Shown here in pieces: positions 37,684 to 47,145 of a DNA stretch of 64,000 nt (position 1 is its first letter; every line of letters begins with the position of its first letter). The translations under genes were made by a program, and so were the position numbers. The stretch lies in NCBI GenBank assembly GCA_963674965.2, contig CAXXFL010000001.1, forward strand, positions 1,152,001 to 1,216,000, given 5' to 3'. This stretch comes from a bacterium. GTDB lineage: Bacteria > RBG-13-61-14 > DATKZS01. Under the pieces are notes generated by a model. It saw nothing but the letters and a program-made list of their open reading frames with translations. It did not search any database and had not been told where the DNA came from.

Positions 37684-40020
37684 CTATTGCATGTCCAGGG
37701 TCACGGTGATGGTCTCTCCACCCGAGGAAGGCGCGGGGAAGCTAATCTTTTTAATGATTTCCATGACGCACTTCTCGAGACGCTTGCTGCTCAGCTCGTC
37801 CTTCACGACCTCGACCTTGACGACCTTGCCGTTCGAGTCGATCTCGATCTTAAGCTCGAGCTTGCCCGAGATTCCCGACCCGGAGACGGCGGAGCTCAGG
37901 CAAACGTCGATATCGGCCATCTTGGCCTCGATGGCCTTCCTGACGGCCGACTCGGAAAGCGAATTCGTCTCCACCTTCACGATGGTCGCGGACAAGTCCT
38001 TGTCGTCGCTCGGACCTTCATCGAAGCATTCCTCTCCGAGCGCGTAGTAGGCGGACTTGGCCGGGGCCATGGATTTCATCCTCATCGCTCCGCCAAACCC
38101 GCGGCCGGAGGCGGGCGAGGACCCCACGGCGTAATCGGAGACGCCCTGCGGCAGGGGAAGAGGCTGCTTGACCGTCGTGGCCTTGCCGTCTTTGAGCCTG
38201 ACCTCGGAGTCGATGGCCACGAAGGAAGTGTAGGCGGTGAGCAGGTTATAGGTGAGGCCCAGGTCGGTTACCTCTTTGACCCTCTCGTCGTTCGGGGCCA
38301 GTTGGTTATAGTCGTCGAGCACGGTTATCCGCTGCCTGGCCCAGAGGTAGCGAAGGGCCGCGTTGGTTTCCCTGGGGTTGGCCGAGGCCACGTCGATGGT
38401 CTGAGAGTATTCGCCCTCGCCCGTTTTTCCGGTCAGCTTGATCTCGCCTTTCGGGCTTCCCTTGTATTTGCCGAAGACCACCACCGGCCGCTCGGCCAGC
38501 ACGTCGGGGACGCTGGGCGGCTCGACGTCGTAGACCTTGAAGGACCCGTAATCGATCTCGACGTTGGTCAGGGCCGGGGTGGAGATGAGCTTCCTGAACT
38601 TGTCCGCCGTGCCCTTGGCCTTGCCGGGCTCGGTGATGATATAAGGCTCGCCCATGCCCACGCGGGCCATGCCCTCGATGATGAAGCGGTTGACGCTCGA
38701 GCCGATGCCGAAGGCGAAGACGTTGGCCTCGTTGAGATTGTCCCGGATAAGGTCGAAGGCCTCCTTCTCGACCGAGACGTAGCCGTCGGTCACGATGATG
38801 ATGGTGCGAGAGAAACCCTCCGTACCCGGAAGGTCCATGGCCCGCTTGAGGGCCGGAAGAAGCTCGGTGCCGCCGCCGCCCTGCTGGTTGTCGATCACGT
38901 CGATGGCTTTCTGGACGTTGCGCTCGTTGGCGGGCAGGCTCTTCTCGCTCATCACCGTGTTGGACGAGGCGAAAAGAAGGACGTTGAAGCGGTCGGTGGG
39001 CTTGAGGCCGCCGATGAGGTCGCTAAGGAGCTTCTTCGAGATATCCAGGGGAAACCCGTTCATCGAGCCGGACACGTCCACGATAAAGACGTACTCGCGG
39101 GGAGGGATTTCACTCTCGCTGATTTTTTCAGGGGGCTGGGTCATGAGGAGGAAGAAGTTCTCGTCTTTTCCCTCGTACAGGATGAGGCCCGACTCGATCT
39201 TGCCGCCCTGAAGCTGGTATTGAAGGATGAAGTCGCGGTTGCCGCCCTTTTTGTCGGACGGGTCCAGCTCGATCTTGGCGTCGGCCTTGCCGTCGTAGGT
39301 CACGTCCACTTTATGGGTGTCGCAGCTTATCTTGCCGATGGGAAGACCGGCCGAGATATTGACCTTGATCCCGAAACCGTAGGGCGCGTCCTCCCCCTCG
39401 TGGAGATAAGGGTTCTTAACCCAGCTCTCGCTCGCCGGGGCCGAGGCCTCGGGCTGGTTCGAGTACCTGGGACCCACCACGGTGGGATAGGAAAACTCGT
39501 AAATCCCGTCAGTGGGAACGAGAAGCTCGGTGTATTTGAGCTCGACCACTATCCGATCGCCGGGCAGGATGTTGGCCACGTTCATCTGGAAGACGTTGGG
39601 CCGCCGCTGCTCGAGGAGGGAAGCGCTTTTGCCTTCCTCCTTGGCCTGCTCGTATTCCTGGCGGGCTTTTTCCTTTTCCTTTATTTTGGCCACGATGGTC
39701 CGCTCGCCTATGGTCATCTTCATGCCGTAGACGGCGGCCCTGGTCGAGGCCGGGAAGATGTAGATGGCCTCGATGGGCTTCTTGCCGTCGTTCTTATATA
39801 CCTGGGTCACGACCACGTCGGCGATGACGCCGGCTATGTTCACGTCCGCCGAGGTCGACTCGAGCGAGAACTGGTCCACCTCGGCGTCGTCGCCGGTAAC
39901 CAGAAAATATGGCGACAGGGTTTTATCCTCCGCGGTCGTGGGCACGGCCCCCGACGGCGAGCTAAGTAAAAAAACCGACAAAACCATCGCGGTCAGGGCG
40001 CCCAACAAGATGTATCTCAT
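37684..40020 (-). CDS. Secreted VIT + vWA domain protein with TonB-C-like (AgmX/PglI-type) C-terminus
   Basis: Signal peptide; EAIYIFP...AAVYGM; DVSGSM MIDAS; GGGTEL; TDG; LLTAYTSFVAID; C-terminal C...G......I..NGKV...C.....FPAP. Confidence 0.88.
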   Translation of the reverse strand: MRYILLGALTAMVLSVFLLSSPSGAVPTTAEDKTLSPYFLVTGDDAEVDQFSLESTSADVNIAGVIADVVVTQVYKNDGKKPIEAIYIFPASTRAAVYGMKMTIGERTIVAKIKEKEKARQEYEQAKEEGKSASLLEQRRPNVFQMNVANILPGDRIVVELKYTELLVPTDGIYEFSYPTVVGPRYSNQPEASAPASESWVKNPYLHEGEDAPYGFGIKVNISAGLPIGKISCDTHKVDVTYDGKADAKIELDPSDKKGGNRDFILQYQLQGGKIESGLILYEGKDENFFLLMTQPPEKISESEIPPREYVFIVDVSGSMNGFPLDISKKLLSDLIGGLKPTDRFNVLLFASSNTVMSEKSLPANERNVQKAIDVIDNQQGGGGTELLPALKRAMDLPGTEGFSRTIIIVTDGYVSVEKEAFDLIRDNLNEANVFAFGIGSSVNRFIIEGMARVGMGEPYIITEPGKAKGTADKFRKLISTPALTNVEIDYGSFKVYDVEPPSVPDVLAERPVVVFGKYKGSPKGEIKLTGKTGEGEYSQTIDVASANPRETNAALRYLWARQRITVLDDYNQLAPNDERVKEVTDLGLTYNLLTAYTSFVAIDSEVRLKDGKATTVKQPLPLPQGVSDYAVGSSPASGRGFGGAMRMKSMAPAKSAYYALGEECFDEGPSDDKDLSATIVKVETNSLSESAVRKAIEAKMADIDVCLSSAVSGSGISGKLELKIEIDSNGKVVKVEVVKDELSSKRLEKCVMEIIKKISFPAPSSGGETITVTLDMQ

Positions 40021-40157
40021 TTTTATCTCCTTTCAATTCGAGGCCTTTTCGGCCGTTTCCATAATATAACGGCCGGCCGGCGGGAAAGTTCATCATCCGA
40101 ATCATTTTGAATTATAGAGGACTGGGATTGGAAAACAAAGACCGGGCCTTTCCGGGG

Positions 40158-40251
40158 ATAGGGTAGGAGGGGGACTCGCGGCTCCCTTCCTCTCACGCGG
40201 TCGCGCGTAAGTTTCCATACAGCGGTTCCCGACTTGCCATGCCGGGCGCGC
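40158..40251 (-). mobile_element. Internally deleted group IIC intron remnant (5' end joined to degenerate DV-DVI)
   Basis: Minus strand: GCGCGCCCGGCATGG...GAACCGCTGTATG...GTGAGAGGAAGGG...CCCCTCCTACCCTAT, 7 nt after a terminator U-tract. Confidence 0.75.
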
Positions 40252-40258
40252 CGCGTAT

Positions 40259-40287
40259 AAAAAGACGCGCCGAGGCGCGTCTTTTTT
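40259..40287. terminator. Bidirectional intrinsic terminator
   Basis: AAAAAGACGCGCC-GA-GGCGCGTCTTTTTT. Confidence 0.88.
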
Positions 40288-40309
40288 ACCTTAATTGCCT
40301 TTTCGAAAA

Positions 40310-40900
40310 TCAGTCGCCGTAATACCCCGCCTCCTCGAGGGCGGTCTCGACGTTATCGCACCAGCGTTGGCTTTCCTCGACGGTTATCACGTTGTCGGCG
40401 GATATGAACTGAAGCTCCCTGAACTCCGTCTCGTATTGCTGGGACCAGTTCACGAAGCCCAGGCGCTCGATCTCTGAATTGAAGGCCTGGAAGTCGGTCC
40501 GGACCCTCTCGATCTCCTCATCGGTATGGTCGTCGCTGAGCTTGTTGATGAAATCCTGCTCGGCAACGCCCATAAGGCCCGACATCATCTCGGACCCTTT
40601 ATTGGCGCAAAGCAGTATCCCTCCCACCGCGCTCCCGACCCCAAGGAAAAGGATGAGGCCGCACCCGATAAGCAGGAACTTAAGGCCCGACCCTCCCGAG
40701 GCGGGAGGTGGAGGCGGAGGCTGGTAGGATTGAGCCCCCCAGCCGCCGGGGTAGGGAGACCCGGGCGGAGGCTGAGCCGGTCCGGGCGGATACCCGCCGG
40801 GCGGTCCCGCGCTGGGGCCTCCTCGCGGGGAAAGAGAAAAACGAGGCCCGAGGGAAAATATTCCCTCGAGCCCTTTAGCAAACGATAGTATCCGATGCAT
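40310..40900 (-). CDS. Hypothetical single-pass membrane protein with Pro/Gly-rich N-terminus
   Basis: PPGGYPPGPAQPPP tract, TM segment LIGCGLILFLGVG, acidic helical C-terminus. Confidence 0.65.
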   Translation of the reverse strand: MHRILSFAKGLEGIFSLGPRFSLSPRGGPSAGPPGGYPPGPAQPPPGSPYPGGWGAQSYQPPPPPPASGGSGLKFLLIGCGLILFLGVGSAVGGILLCANKGSEMMSGLMGVAEQDFINKLSDDHTDEEIERVRTDFQAFNSEIERLGFVNWSQQYETEFRELQFISADNVITVEESQRWCDNVETALEEAGYYGD

Positions 40901-40946
40901 TTTCCATCCTCTCCATCCGTCGTCCCAGAGGGAGTGGAACCGGCCG

Positions 40947-42248
40947 TTAAAAGGGCAGGCCGGCGTTCACGTACAGCTCGGCCTGGTTCTCGTCGGACCA
41001 GCCAAGCTCGAACCTGATTACGACGCTGGGAGTTATGATGAAGCGGAAGCCGCCTCCCACCGCGTAATGGTAATCCTCGAACATTTCCTCGGGGATGTCA
41101 GTATAGTCCTCGTATACCCTGCCCTCCTCGTAGAAAAGGACGAAAGAGGGATACTGGGCCTTGATCAAACCGTCGAACAGGGCCACGCGCCAGTCGGTGA
41201 AAAATGCCTGCCTGATCTCGACGTTGAACTGGGTCGAGTTCTTGTCGATAAACCGGTTGCCGTAATAGCCTCGCAGGTTGTTGATATCGCCGAAGCTGGG
41301 CATCTGGTGGAAGGGCACTTCTCCCTGGGTCATGATGGCCTTTCCCTGCAGGGCCAGGATGGTATCATCGCTGAAGAGGGGAATGAACTGGCGGGCCTGA
41401 AGCTCGACCCTGTTATAGGAAAGGTCCGAGCCCAGTATCTCGTCGAAACGGTCGTAGTCGGCCTCGAAGTAATTTCCCTTTATGGGCCACACCACCTCTT
41501 CCCGGCCGCCGCCGAGGGGGAACCTGTCGACCCGGCGATCAAGATATACGCCCACGCCCACGCCGATGAGGTCGGCTTCCATGAAATGATAGCTGTAATA
41601 ATCCTCCGGATATAAGTCGGACACCAGCCTTTCCCAGAAAACGTCGTCCAGCTCATCGGCTATCTCCCCATCCCTGGGGTCCACGTGCATATAGGTGGCC
41701 TGAAGACGAAGACCGACGGCGCCCAGTTGGGTCTCGGGTATGCGGTAGGTGTAACGCGGCTGGAATTCCATCTTGGTCCAGGAATAGTTGCACAGGTCGT
41801 CCTCGGTGGAGAAGTTGCCGATGCCGTAATAGCGCATGGCCGGCTTTTCCTCATAGCCGAGGTAAAGCTTGAGACGGCCGTTAGGAGAAAGGAAATAAGG
41901 CTCCTGCCAGTCGATACTGTAAACCTGATACTGGGACTCGGTGTAGCTGAAGGAGAAGCTGGTGTCGCGTCCCTCCTTTCCGAAGATGTCGCGGTACATG
42001 ATGGCGAAGCCCACCCCGAAGCCGGTGTCAGGACCGGTGTATACGTAAGGCGTGCCGGCGAACTTGAGTTCCTTCTTGCCCTCCTTGCCGGATTCGGCCG
42101 TGTCGCCCTCCGCGGCCTCGGCCTCGCTGATCCTTTCGATCCTTATATACTTGCCCTTGTTTCCATCCTCAGGTTCCTCCGCTTTGACGGTCGGTAAAAT
42201 ACCCAGGCATACCACTAGCGCCGCGGTTAATGTCAACCAGGATTTCAT
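40947..42248 (-). CDS. Omp85 (BamA/TamA-family) beta-barrel without obvious POTRA domains
   Basis: Signal peptide; PYVYTGPDTGFGVG; LRGYYGNRF (RGY lid motif); GGGFRF; terminal F. Confidence 0.85.
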   Translation of the reverse strand: MKSWLTLTAALVVCLGILPTVKAEEPEDGNKGKYIRIERISEAEAAEGDTAESGKEGKKELKFAGTPYVYTGPDTGFGVGFAIMYRDIFGKEGRDTSFSFSYTESQYQVYSIDWQEPYFLSPNGRLKLYLGYEEKPAMRYYGIGNFSTEDDLCNYSWTKMEFQPRYTYRIPETQLGAVGLRLQATYMHVDPRDGEIADELDDVFWERLVSDLYPEDYYSYHFMEADLIGVGVGVYLDRRVDRFPLGGGREEVVWPIKGNYFEADYDRFDEILGSDLSYNRVELQARQFIPLFSDDTILALQGKAIMTQGEVPFHQMPSFGDINNLRGYYGNRFIDKNSTQFNVEIRQAFFTDWRVALFDGLIKAQYPSFVLFYEEGRVYEDYTDIPEEMFEDYHYAVGGGFRFIITPSVVIRFELGWSDENQAELYVNAGLPF

Positions 42249-42364
42249 CTAATCCCTCCCCCTTTCGAAATCGAGTCTAATAATTCTATATTATTCTCCG
42301 GCCAAAGGCCAGACGAGCAAGAGAGTTTATTTTTAGCGCATATTGGGCCATTAAGCAAGGCTTT

Positions 42365-44071
42365 TCATTGAATCTCTCTTATTTTATATGCCTTTATCGT
42401 CAATGAGTGGATGGTGAAGGGCGGCGGGTAATCGAATTGGTTGACCAGGCTAAGATTATAAAGCTTTCCATTGTCGGCCATGACGCCCGTAAGCCACTCG
42501 GACCCGTGCCTGGTCATCTCAAAATAATAGTCCGTCTTTTTTGCCAAAAGGTAAGGCCCGGTCCGGCGCTTATCGAGATAGGGAATGATGGTGGGGTCCG
42601 TCAATCCGCCCAGGTCGATTATCCTTCGCCTGGAATAGTATCCCAGACACCCTATGTCCAGGCAGGCGATGGATTCGCCCTCCCCCGTAAAAACCCTGGC
42701 CCACTCGGCCGCCGCTCGGTGCTCCTTTTTTAACTGGTCGGCGTTACGAAAATATTTTTGCCGCCACGCGCCCAGGAATAGTAACTCCATCGCCAGCGCC
42801 CCAATAATTATTAGGGCCGCGGTGGTCAGCGCGAAATTCGCGGGACTCAGCCCTCCGCGGGCGCTGGGTTTTTCTTTAGCTCTTTGCGCTAGGCCGCTCG
42901 TTATCGAGACCCCGGCCCAGGCCATGGCGGTCACCGAGAAAGCCCAGATAGCCGGGATCAGGGCGATCTGGTAACGGAGGTAATGGTAGGGCGTGACCGC
43001 CGACGCGGACCTGAAAAAAAGAGCGTGCAGTAAAAAATGAAAAAGGGCCCATGTCATAAAAACGCCGGCGGGAGTGACCCGGGTCAGTCTATTCATTAAG
43101 GCCGATTCACCCGCCTCGCCGTCCTTGTTTTTAACTTTGCTCGCGAAAAGCGCCGCCAGGGCCGCCACTACTCCAACCAGGCCCAGAAGAATAACGCCTC
43201 TCTCGTCGGTCCATAAATATATGACGTGTTGCTCCGCGAACCTCAGGATCGCCTGGGGGGATGGTCCCGAGTTAAAGATGTCGGACGCCAGTTTTCCCGC
43301 CCGGGTGGGAGGAAGAAGATATCCCGTCCTGGCGAATGAATATAGATACCAGGGAGCGGCGATGATTATGGATAAGCCAAGTCCCATCCAGGCTTTCCAT
43401 GACCTCTCGCCCGCGAGAAAAAGTATGGCCGCGAGCACGATTAAAAGGCCCCCCCCCGTGGGTCTGACAAGAATCATCAGGCCAAGGAATATGCCCGGAG
43501 CGATAAGGTAGCGGCCTCGACTGAAGAGCAATATCGAGGCGGCGCCCAGGCACAGGAACATGGCCGACTCCATGCCGGAACCGGCCAGCCACAGCATGTT
43601 TCCGGAAAGGGCCACGCCCAGTCCCGCCAGGGCGCCCATGACGAGAGGCCAGACGTTTATCACGGCCTTGGCTTTGGCCATCTTCATGGCGACGGACCTG
43701 GCCGCGATCTTGTAAACGAGGGCGGCGGAGACGGCGAGGAAAATCTCGCCTCCTATTCTCGCGGCCTCGACCGGGTCGACGCCGATGGCGGACAGGACCC
43801 CCAGCAAGGCGACCCAAAGGGGCGACGAGAACCCCAGGCTGAACTCGCCCGGGTTGAAGCAGAACCCGAGACCCTCGCCCAGGTTGGAGGCGAACCTCGA
43901 GTGGATGTAGGCGTCGTCCACCGGGAGGCCGGGAGCGCCCCTCGCGAAGGCCAGCGAAAGACCCAGGGAAATCCCGAAACAAATTGAAATAAGAGTCCAG
44001 TCAAGGAAAAGTATCTTTTTATCCTTGCCGGCCGGGCGGTCGGGCGAGTTGCTTTCAGACGCGGGCGTCAT
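42365..44071 (-). CDS. GT-C-type membrane glycosyltransferase
   Basis: PVDDAYIH.RFA.N..EG.G..FNPGE...GFSSPLW; SGMES; RP; DIG.LGYY...IIDLGGLTDP. Confidence 0.75.
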   Translation of the reverse strand: MTPASESNSPDRPAGKDKKILFLDWTLISICFGISLGLSLAFARGAPGLPVDDAYIHSRFASNLGEGLGFCFNPGEFSLGFSSPLWVALLGVLSAIGVDPVEAARIGGEIFLAVSAALVYKIAARSVAMKMAKAKAVINVWPLVMGALAGLGVALSGNMLWLAGSGMESAMFLCLGAASILLFSRGRYLIAPGIFLGLMILVRPTGGGLLIVLAAILFLAGERSWKAWMGLGLSIIIAAPWYLYSFARTGYLLPPTRAGKLASDIFNSGPSPQAILRFAEQHVIYLWTDERGVILLGLVGVVAALAALFASKVKNKDGEAGESALMNRLTRVTPAGVFMTWALFHFLLHALFFRSASAVTPYHYLRYQIALIPAIWAFSVTAMAWAGVSITSGLAQRAKEKPSARGGLSPANFALTTAALIIIGALAMELLFLGAWRQKYFRNADQLKKEHRAAAEWARVFTGEGESIACLDIGCLGYYSRRRIIDLGGLTDPTIIPYLDKRRTGPYLLAKKTDYYFEMTRHGSEWLTGVMADNGKLYNLSLVNQFDYPPPFTIHSLTIKAYKIREIQ

Positions 44072-47000
44072 TGGCCCGTCCGGAAAATATTTCGCCAGGC
44101 CGATTGCAGCTTCTCGGTGAGGCTGTCGCTGAGCGAGTAAATGACGGGAATGACGAAAGGCGTGAAAAAGGTCGAGGCCACCAGTCCTCCCAGGACGGCG
44201 ATGGCCAGTGGCGAGTACATCATGCTTCCCGTGTCGTTAAGCCCGAGGGCCATGGGGAAAAGCCCGACGATGGTGGTAAGGGCCGTCATCATGATCGGCC
44301 GGAAGCGGTCGGAGGCCGCCTGCATGAGGCTTTCCCGTTTTCCCAGCCCCTTCTTGCGCAGGTTATGCACGTGGTCGACCAGCACGATGGCGTTGTTCAC
44401 GACGATGCCAACCAGGAGCAGGCATCCGGCTCCGGAGAGGACGTTGAAGGTCGCCCTCGAAACCAGAAGGGCCACGACCACGCCGATGATGGCGAAGGGC
44501 AGAGTGAACATGATCACGAAGGGCAAAAAGAACGACTCGAACTGGGCCGTCATAACCAGGAAGACCAGGACCATGGCGAGGAGTATAGCTATGGCCAGGG
44601 TCTTCAAGTCCTCCTTGGTTTCCTCGAACTCCTCGCCGAATACCCAGGAATAGCCCATGGGAAGCTTCAAGTTGGCCAGCCTCGCCTTGACCCGGTCGGC
44701 CACGAAGGCGAGGTCCTTGCCCTCGGGGATAATGGGTATGCGGGCGGTGATAAGCCGGTTGTCCCGCCTTACCTGCTCGGGAATGGGCACCTCCCGGAAC
44801 TTGGCCACGTTCTTGAGGGGAATGAAATCGCCGCGGGCGTTCTGGATCATCATGGACTCGAGATTCATGCGGGACTTGCGGTCGGCCTCCTTGACCTGGA
44901 TGTAGATGTCCGTCGGGCTGTCCCCCGTGTGCATCTGGCCCACCATGACGCCCCGAACCGAATAAGACACGGCCATGGCAACCTGACCCGCCTCGAAGCC
45001 GTACTGCTTGGCCAGGTCGCGGTCGACCAGCACGTGAAGCTCCAGTTCGCCGTCCTTTTCGATCTCCTTTATTTCTTTTAGCCCTTTAACCCCGAGAATC
45101 TTGTTCCTTATCATCTCGGCGAAGAAGTAGACCTGGTCGGGGTCGGGCCCTCTTACCTTGATGCTGGTGCCGACCTGCGATCCGGGCGGGCCGCCGTGTC
45201 CTTCCCCCGCCGTGTCCAGGGAAACGCCGGGCCAGTCGACCTTTTCCTCGAGGAAATCGTTGACCATGTCCCGGAGTTCCTCGGCCGTGTACTTGGACTG
45301 GCGGTCGTTGGGCAGCACCAGAAGTATTCTCGTGAATACCGGGGTCACGATGGCCGCCACCGTCTCCAGGTCCCATTCCTCTTTTTTCTCCAGGAAAAGG
45401 TCCTCGAGGACCGCCATCTTGGCGTCAACTTCCTCGATGGGGGGCTTGCGCTCGAACTTGACGCTGACCCGCACGATCTTGATCAAAGCGGCCGGCACGG
45501 CCTCCTTCTCGATCAATTTGGGATCGGGCCAGGCAAACACGGCGATGGAAGCGATAAACAGCAGGCCGACTATTAACAAGGAGACAAAGCGGTGATCCAG
45601 TCCCCGCTCCAGCGTCTTGAGAAAAACCGAGGAAGTCTTCTCGAACCACTTGGGCATCCGCCGGGGAATGGGACGGAGAAGCCTCGAGGCCATCAGCGGT
45701 ATGAGAGTCAGGCTCACGAACAGGCTCGAGCTGATGGCCAGGGCCAGGACCATGCCTAGCTGTTTCATCAATATGGAGGCCTCGGACTGCTCGGTGAAAA
45801 TAAGGGGAAGGAAAACGATCACCGTGGTGGTGGTCGCCACGGATATGGCCAGTCCCACCTCGTTGCTGCCCTCAAGCGAGGCATGGAAGGGCGTCATGCC
45901 CCGCCGATGGGACAAATCTATGGACTCGAGAACCACGATCGAGTTGTCAACCAGCATGCCCACGCCCACGATAAGGGCGCTCAAGGTGATTACGTTGAAG
46001 CTTATCTCGAGGAAATACATGCAGGCGATGGTGGTCAGAATGGACATGGGAATGGCCATGGAAACGATAACCGTCGCCCTTATGCTCTTCAGAAAAAGAT
46101 ACAACACCAGAAAGGCCAGGCCGGCGCCCACGACCCCCGTTTCCGTCAGTATCTTGATCGACTGGGTGATCTCCTTGGACTGGTCGAACCAGGTGTACAT
46201 GTTAACGTCTTTGAGACGCGGGTCCTGGAAAAGCTTCTCCAGTTCCTTGTTCACCGCCCGGCAGGCGTCAACCGTGTTGGCCCCCGACTCCTTCAGGATG
46301 AACATGATATAGCAGCGGCGCTTGTTAAGACGCCCTATAAAAAAGGGCTTTTCATAGTGGACCCTCACGTCCGCCACGTCGCCGACGCTGACCGTCCCGG
46401 TGATGGGCAGCCGCCGTATTTCATCGAGGTCCTTGAACTCCCCCACGATGCGGACGTTGTGCGACTTCTCCGCGAAGTCCACCGAGCCCGCGGAGATGGT
46501 CATGTTGGCCGCCGTTAAAACCTCGAACACCTGGAGCACCGAGACGTGATAGGCGGTCAGCTTGTCCTGGTCTATCTCGACCAGCACCCTTTGTTCCTCC
46601 AGGCCCTCGACCTGGATGCTGGCCACGCCCTCCACCGTCTTCAAGGGACGGATAACGTAACGGTCGAGAAGGTCCGCGTTGTCCGCGCTGTCCTCCGGGA
46701 AGGTGATGGCCCCCATGATAATGGGAAACTGCTCGGTGTCGAACTTCTGGATTAAAATATTGTTGACGTCCTCGGGCAGGTCCTTTCGGATCGAGTCGAT
46801 CCGCTCCTGCACGTCCAGCACCATGTAGTCCATCTTGGCCGAGGGCGCCAGCTCGATACCGATATAGGCGTAGCCCGAGCGGCACCGGGTCATGATCTTG
46901 TCTATGCCCGGCAATGTCGAGATGGCCTCCTCGATGGGCTCGGCGATCTGGTCCGATATCTCGACCGGAGACGCGCCCTCGTAGGGGACGTGCACCTCGA

Positions 47001-47133
47001 TGTAGGGGATGTCCATCTTGGGCATGAACTCGAGGGGGATCTTGGGAATGGCCACCGCCCCAAGCACGACCACCAGGACGAAGACCATCATGGTCGTGAC
47101 CCCCCGGCGTATGGCCGCTTCCGATATCTTCAT
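44068..47133 (-). CDS. RND efflux permease (AcrB/AcrD/AcrF family)
   Basis: GMLVDNSIVV; GIVVNNAIV; RFRPIMMTALTTI; PLAIAVLGGL. Confidence 0.95.
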   Translation of the reverse strand: MKISEAAIRRGVTTMMVFVLVVVLGAVAIPKIPLEFMPKMDIPYIEVHVPYEGASPVEISDQIAEPIEEAISTLPGIDKIMTRCRSGYAYIGIELAPSAKMDYMVLDVQERIDSIRKDLPEDVNNILIQKFDTEQFPIIMGAITFPEDSADNADLLDRYVIRPLKTVEGVASIQVEGLEEQRVLVEIDQDKLTAYHVSVLQVFEVLTAANMTISAGSVDFAEKSHNVRIVGEFKDLDEIRRLPITGTVSVGDVADVRVHYEKPFFIGRLNKRRCYIMFILKESGANTVDACRAVNKELEKLFQDPRLKDVNMYTWFDQSKEITQSIKILTETGVVGAGLAFLVLYLFLKSIRATVIVSMAIPMSILTTIACMYFLEISFNVITLSALIVGVGMLVDNSIVVLESIDLSHRRGMTPFHASLEGSNEVGLAISVATTTTVIVFLPLIFTEQSEASILMKQLGMVLALAISSSLFVSLTLIPLMASRLLRPIPRRMPKWFEKTSSVFLKTLERGLDHRFVSLLIVGLLFIASIAVFAWPDPKLIEKEAVPAALIKIVRVSVKFERKPPIEEVDAKMAVLEDLFLEKKEEWDLETVAAIVTPVFTRILLVLPNDRQSKYTAEELRDMVNDFLEEKVDWPGVSLDTAGEGHGGPPGSQVGTSIKVRGPDPDQVYFFAEMIRNKILGVKGLKEIKEIEKDGELELHVLVDRDLAKQYGFEAGQVAMAVSYSVRGVMVGQMHTGDSPTDIYIQVKEADRKSRMNLESMMIQNARGDFIPLKNVAKFREVPIPEQVRRDNRLITARIPIIPEGKDLAFVADRVKARLANLKLPMGYSWVFGEEFEETKEDLKTLAIAILLAMVLVFLVMTAQFESFFLPFVIMFTLPFAIIGVVVALLVSRATFNVLSGAGCLLLVGIVVNNAIVLVDHVHNLRKKGLGKRESLMQAASDRFRPIMMTALTTIVGLFPMALGLNDTGSMMYSPLAIAVLGGLVASTFFTPFVIPVIYSLSDSLTEKLQSAWRNIFRTGQ

Positions 47134-47145
47134 GGCCCGAGCCCC

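Noticed and set aside
37687-39969. 760-aa plus-strand ORF and similar long antisense ORFs (4300-6198, 1474-2535, 24288-25508, 53511-54956)
   Set aside because: Shadow frames of GC-rich genes on the opposite strand, with no motifs of their own.
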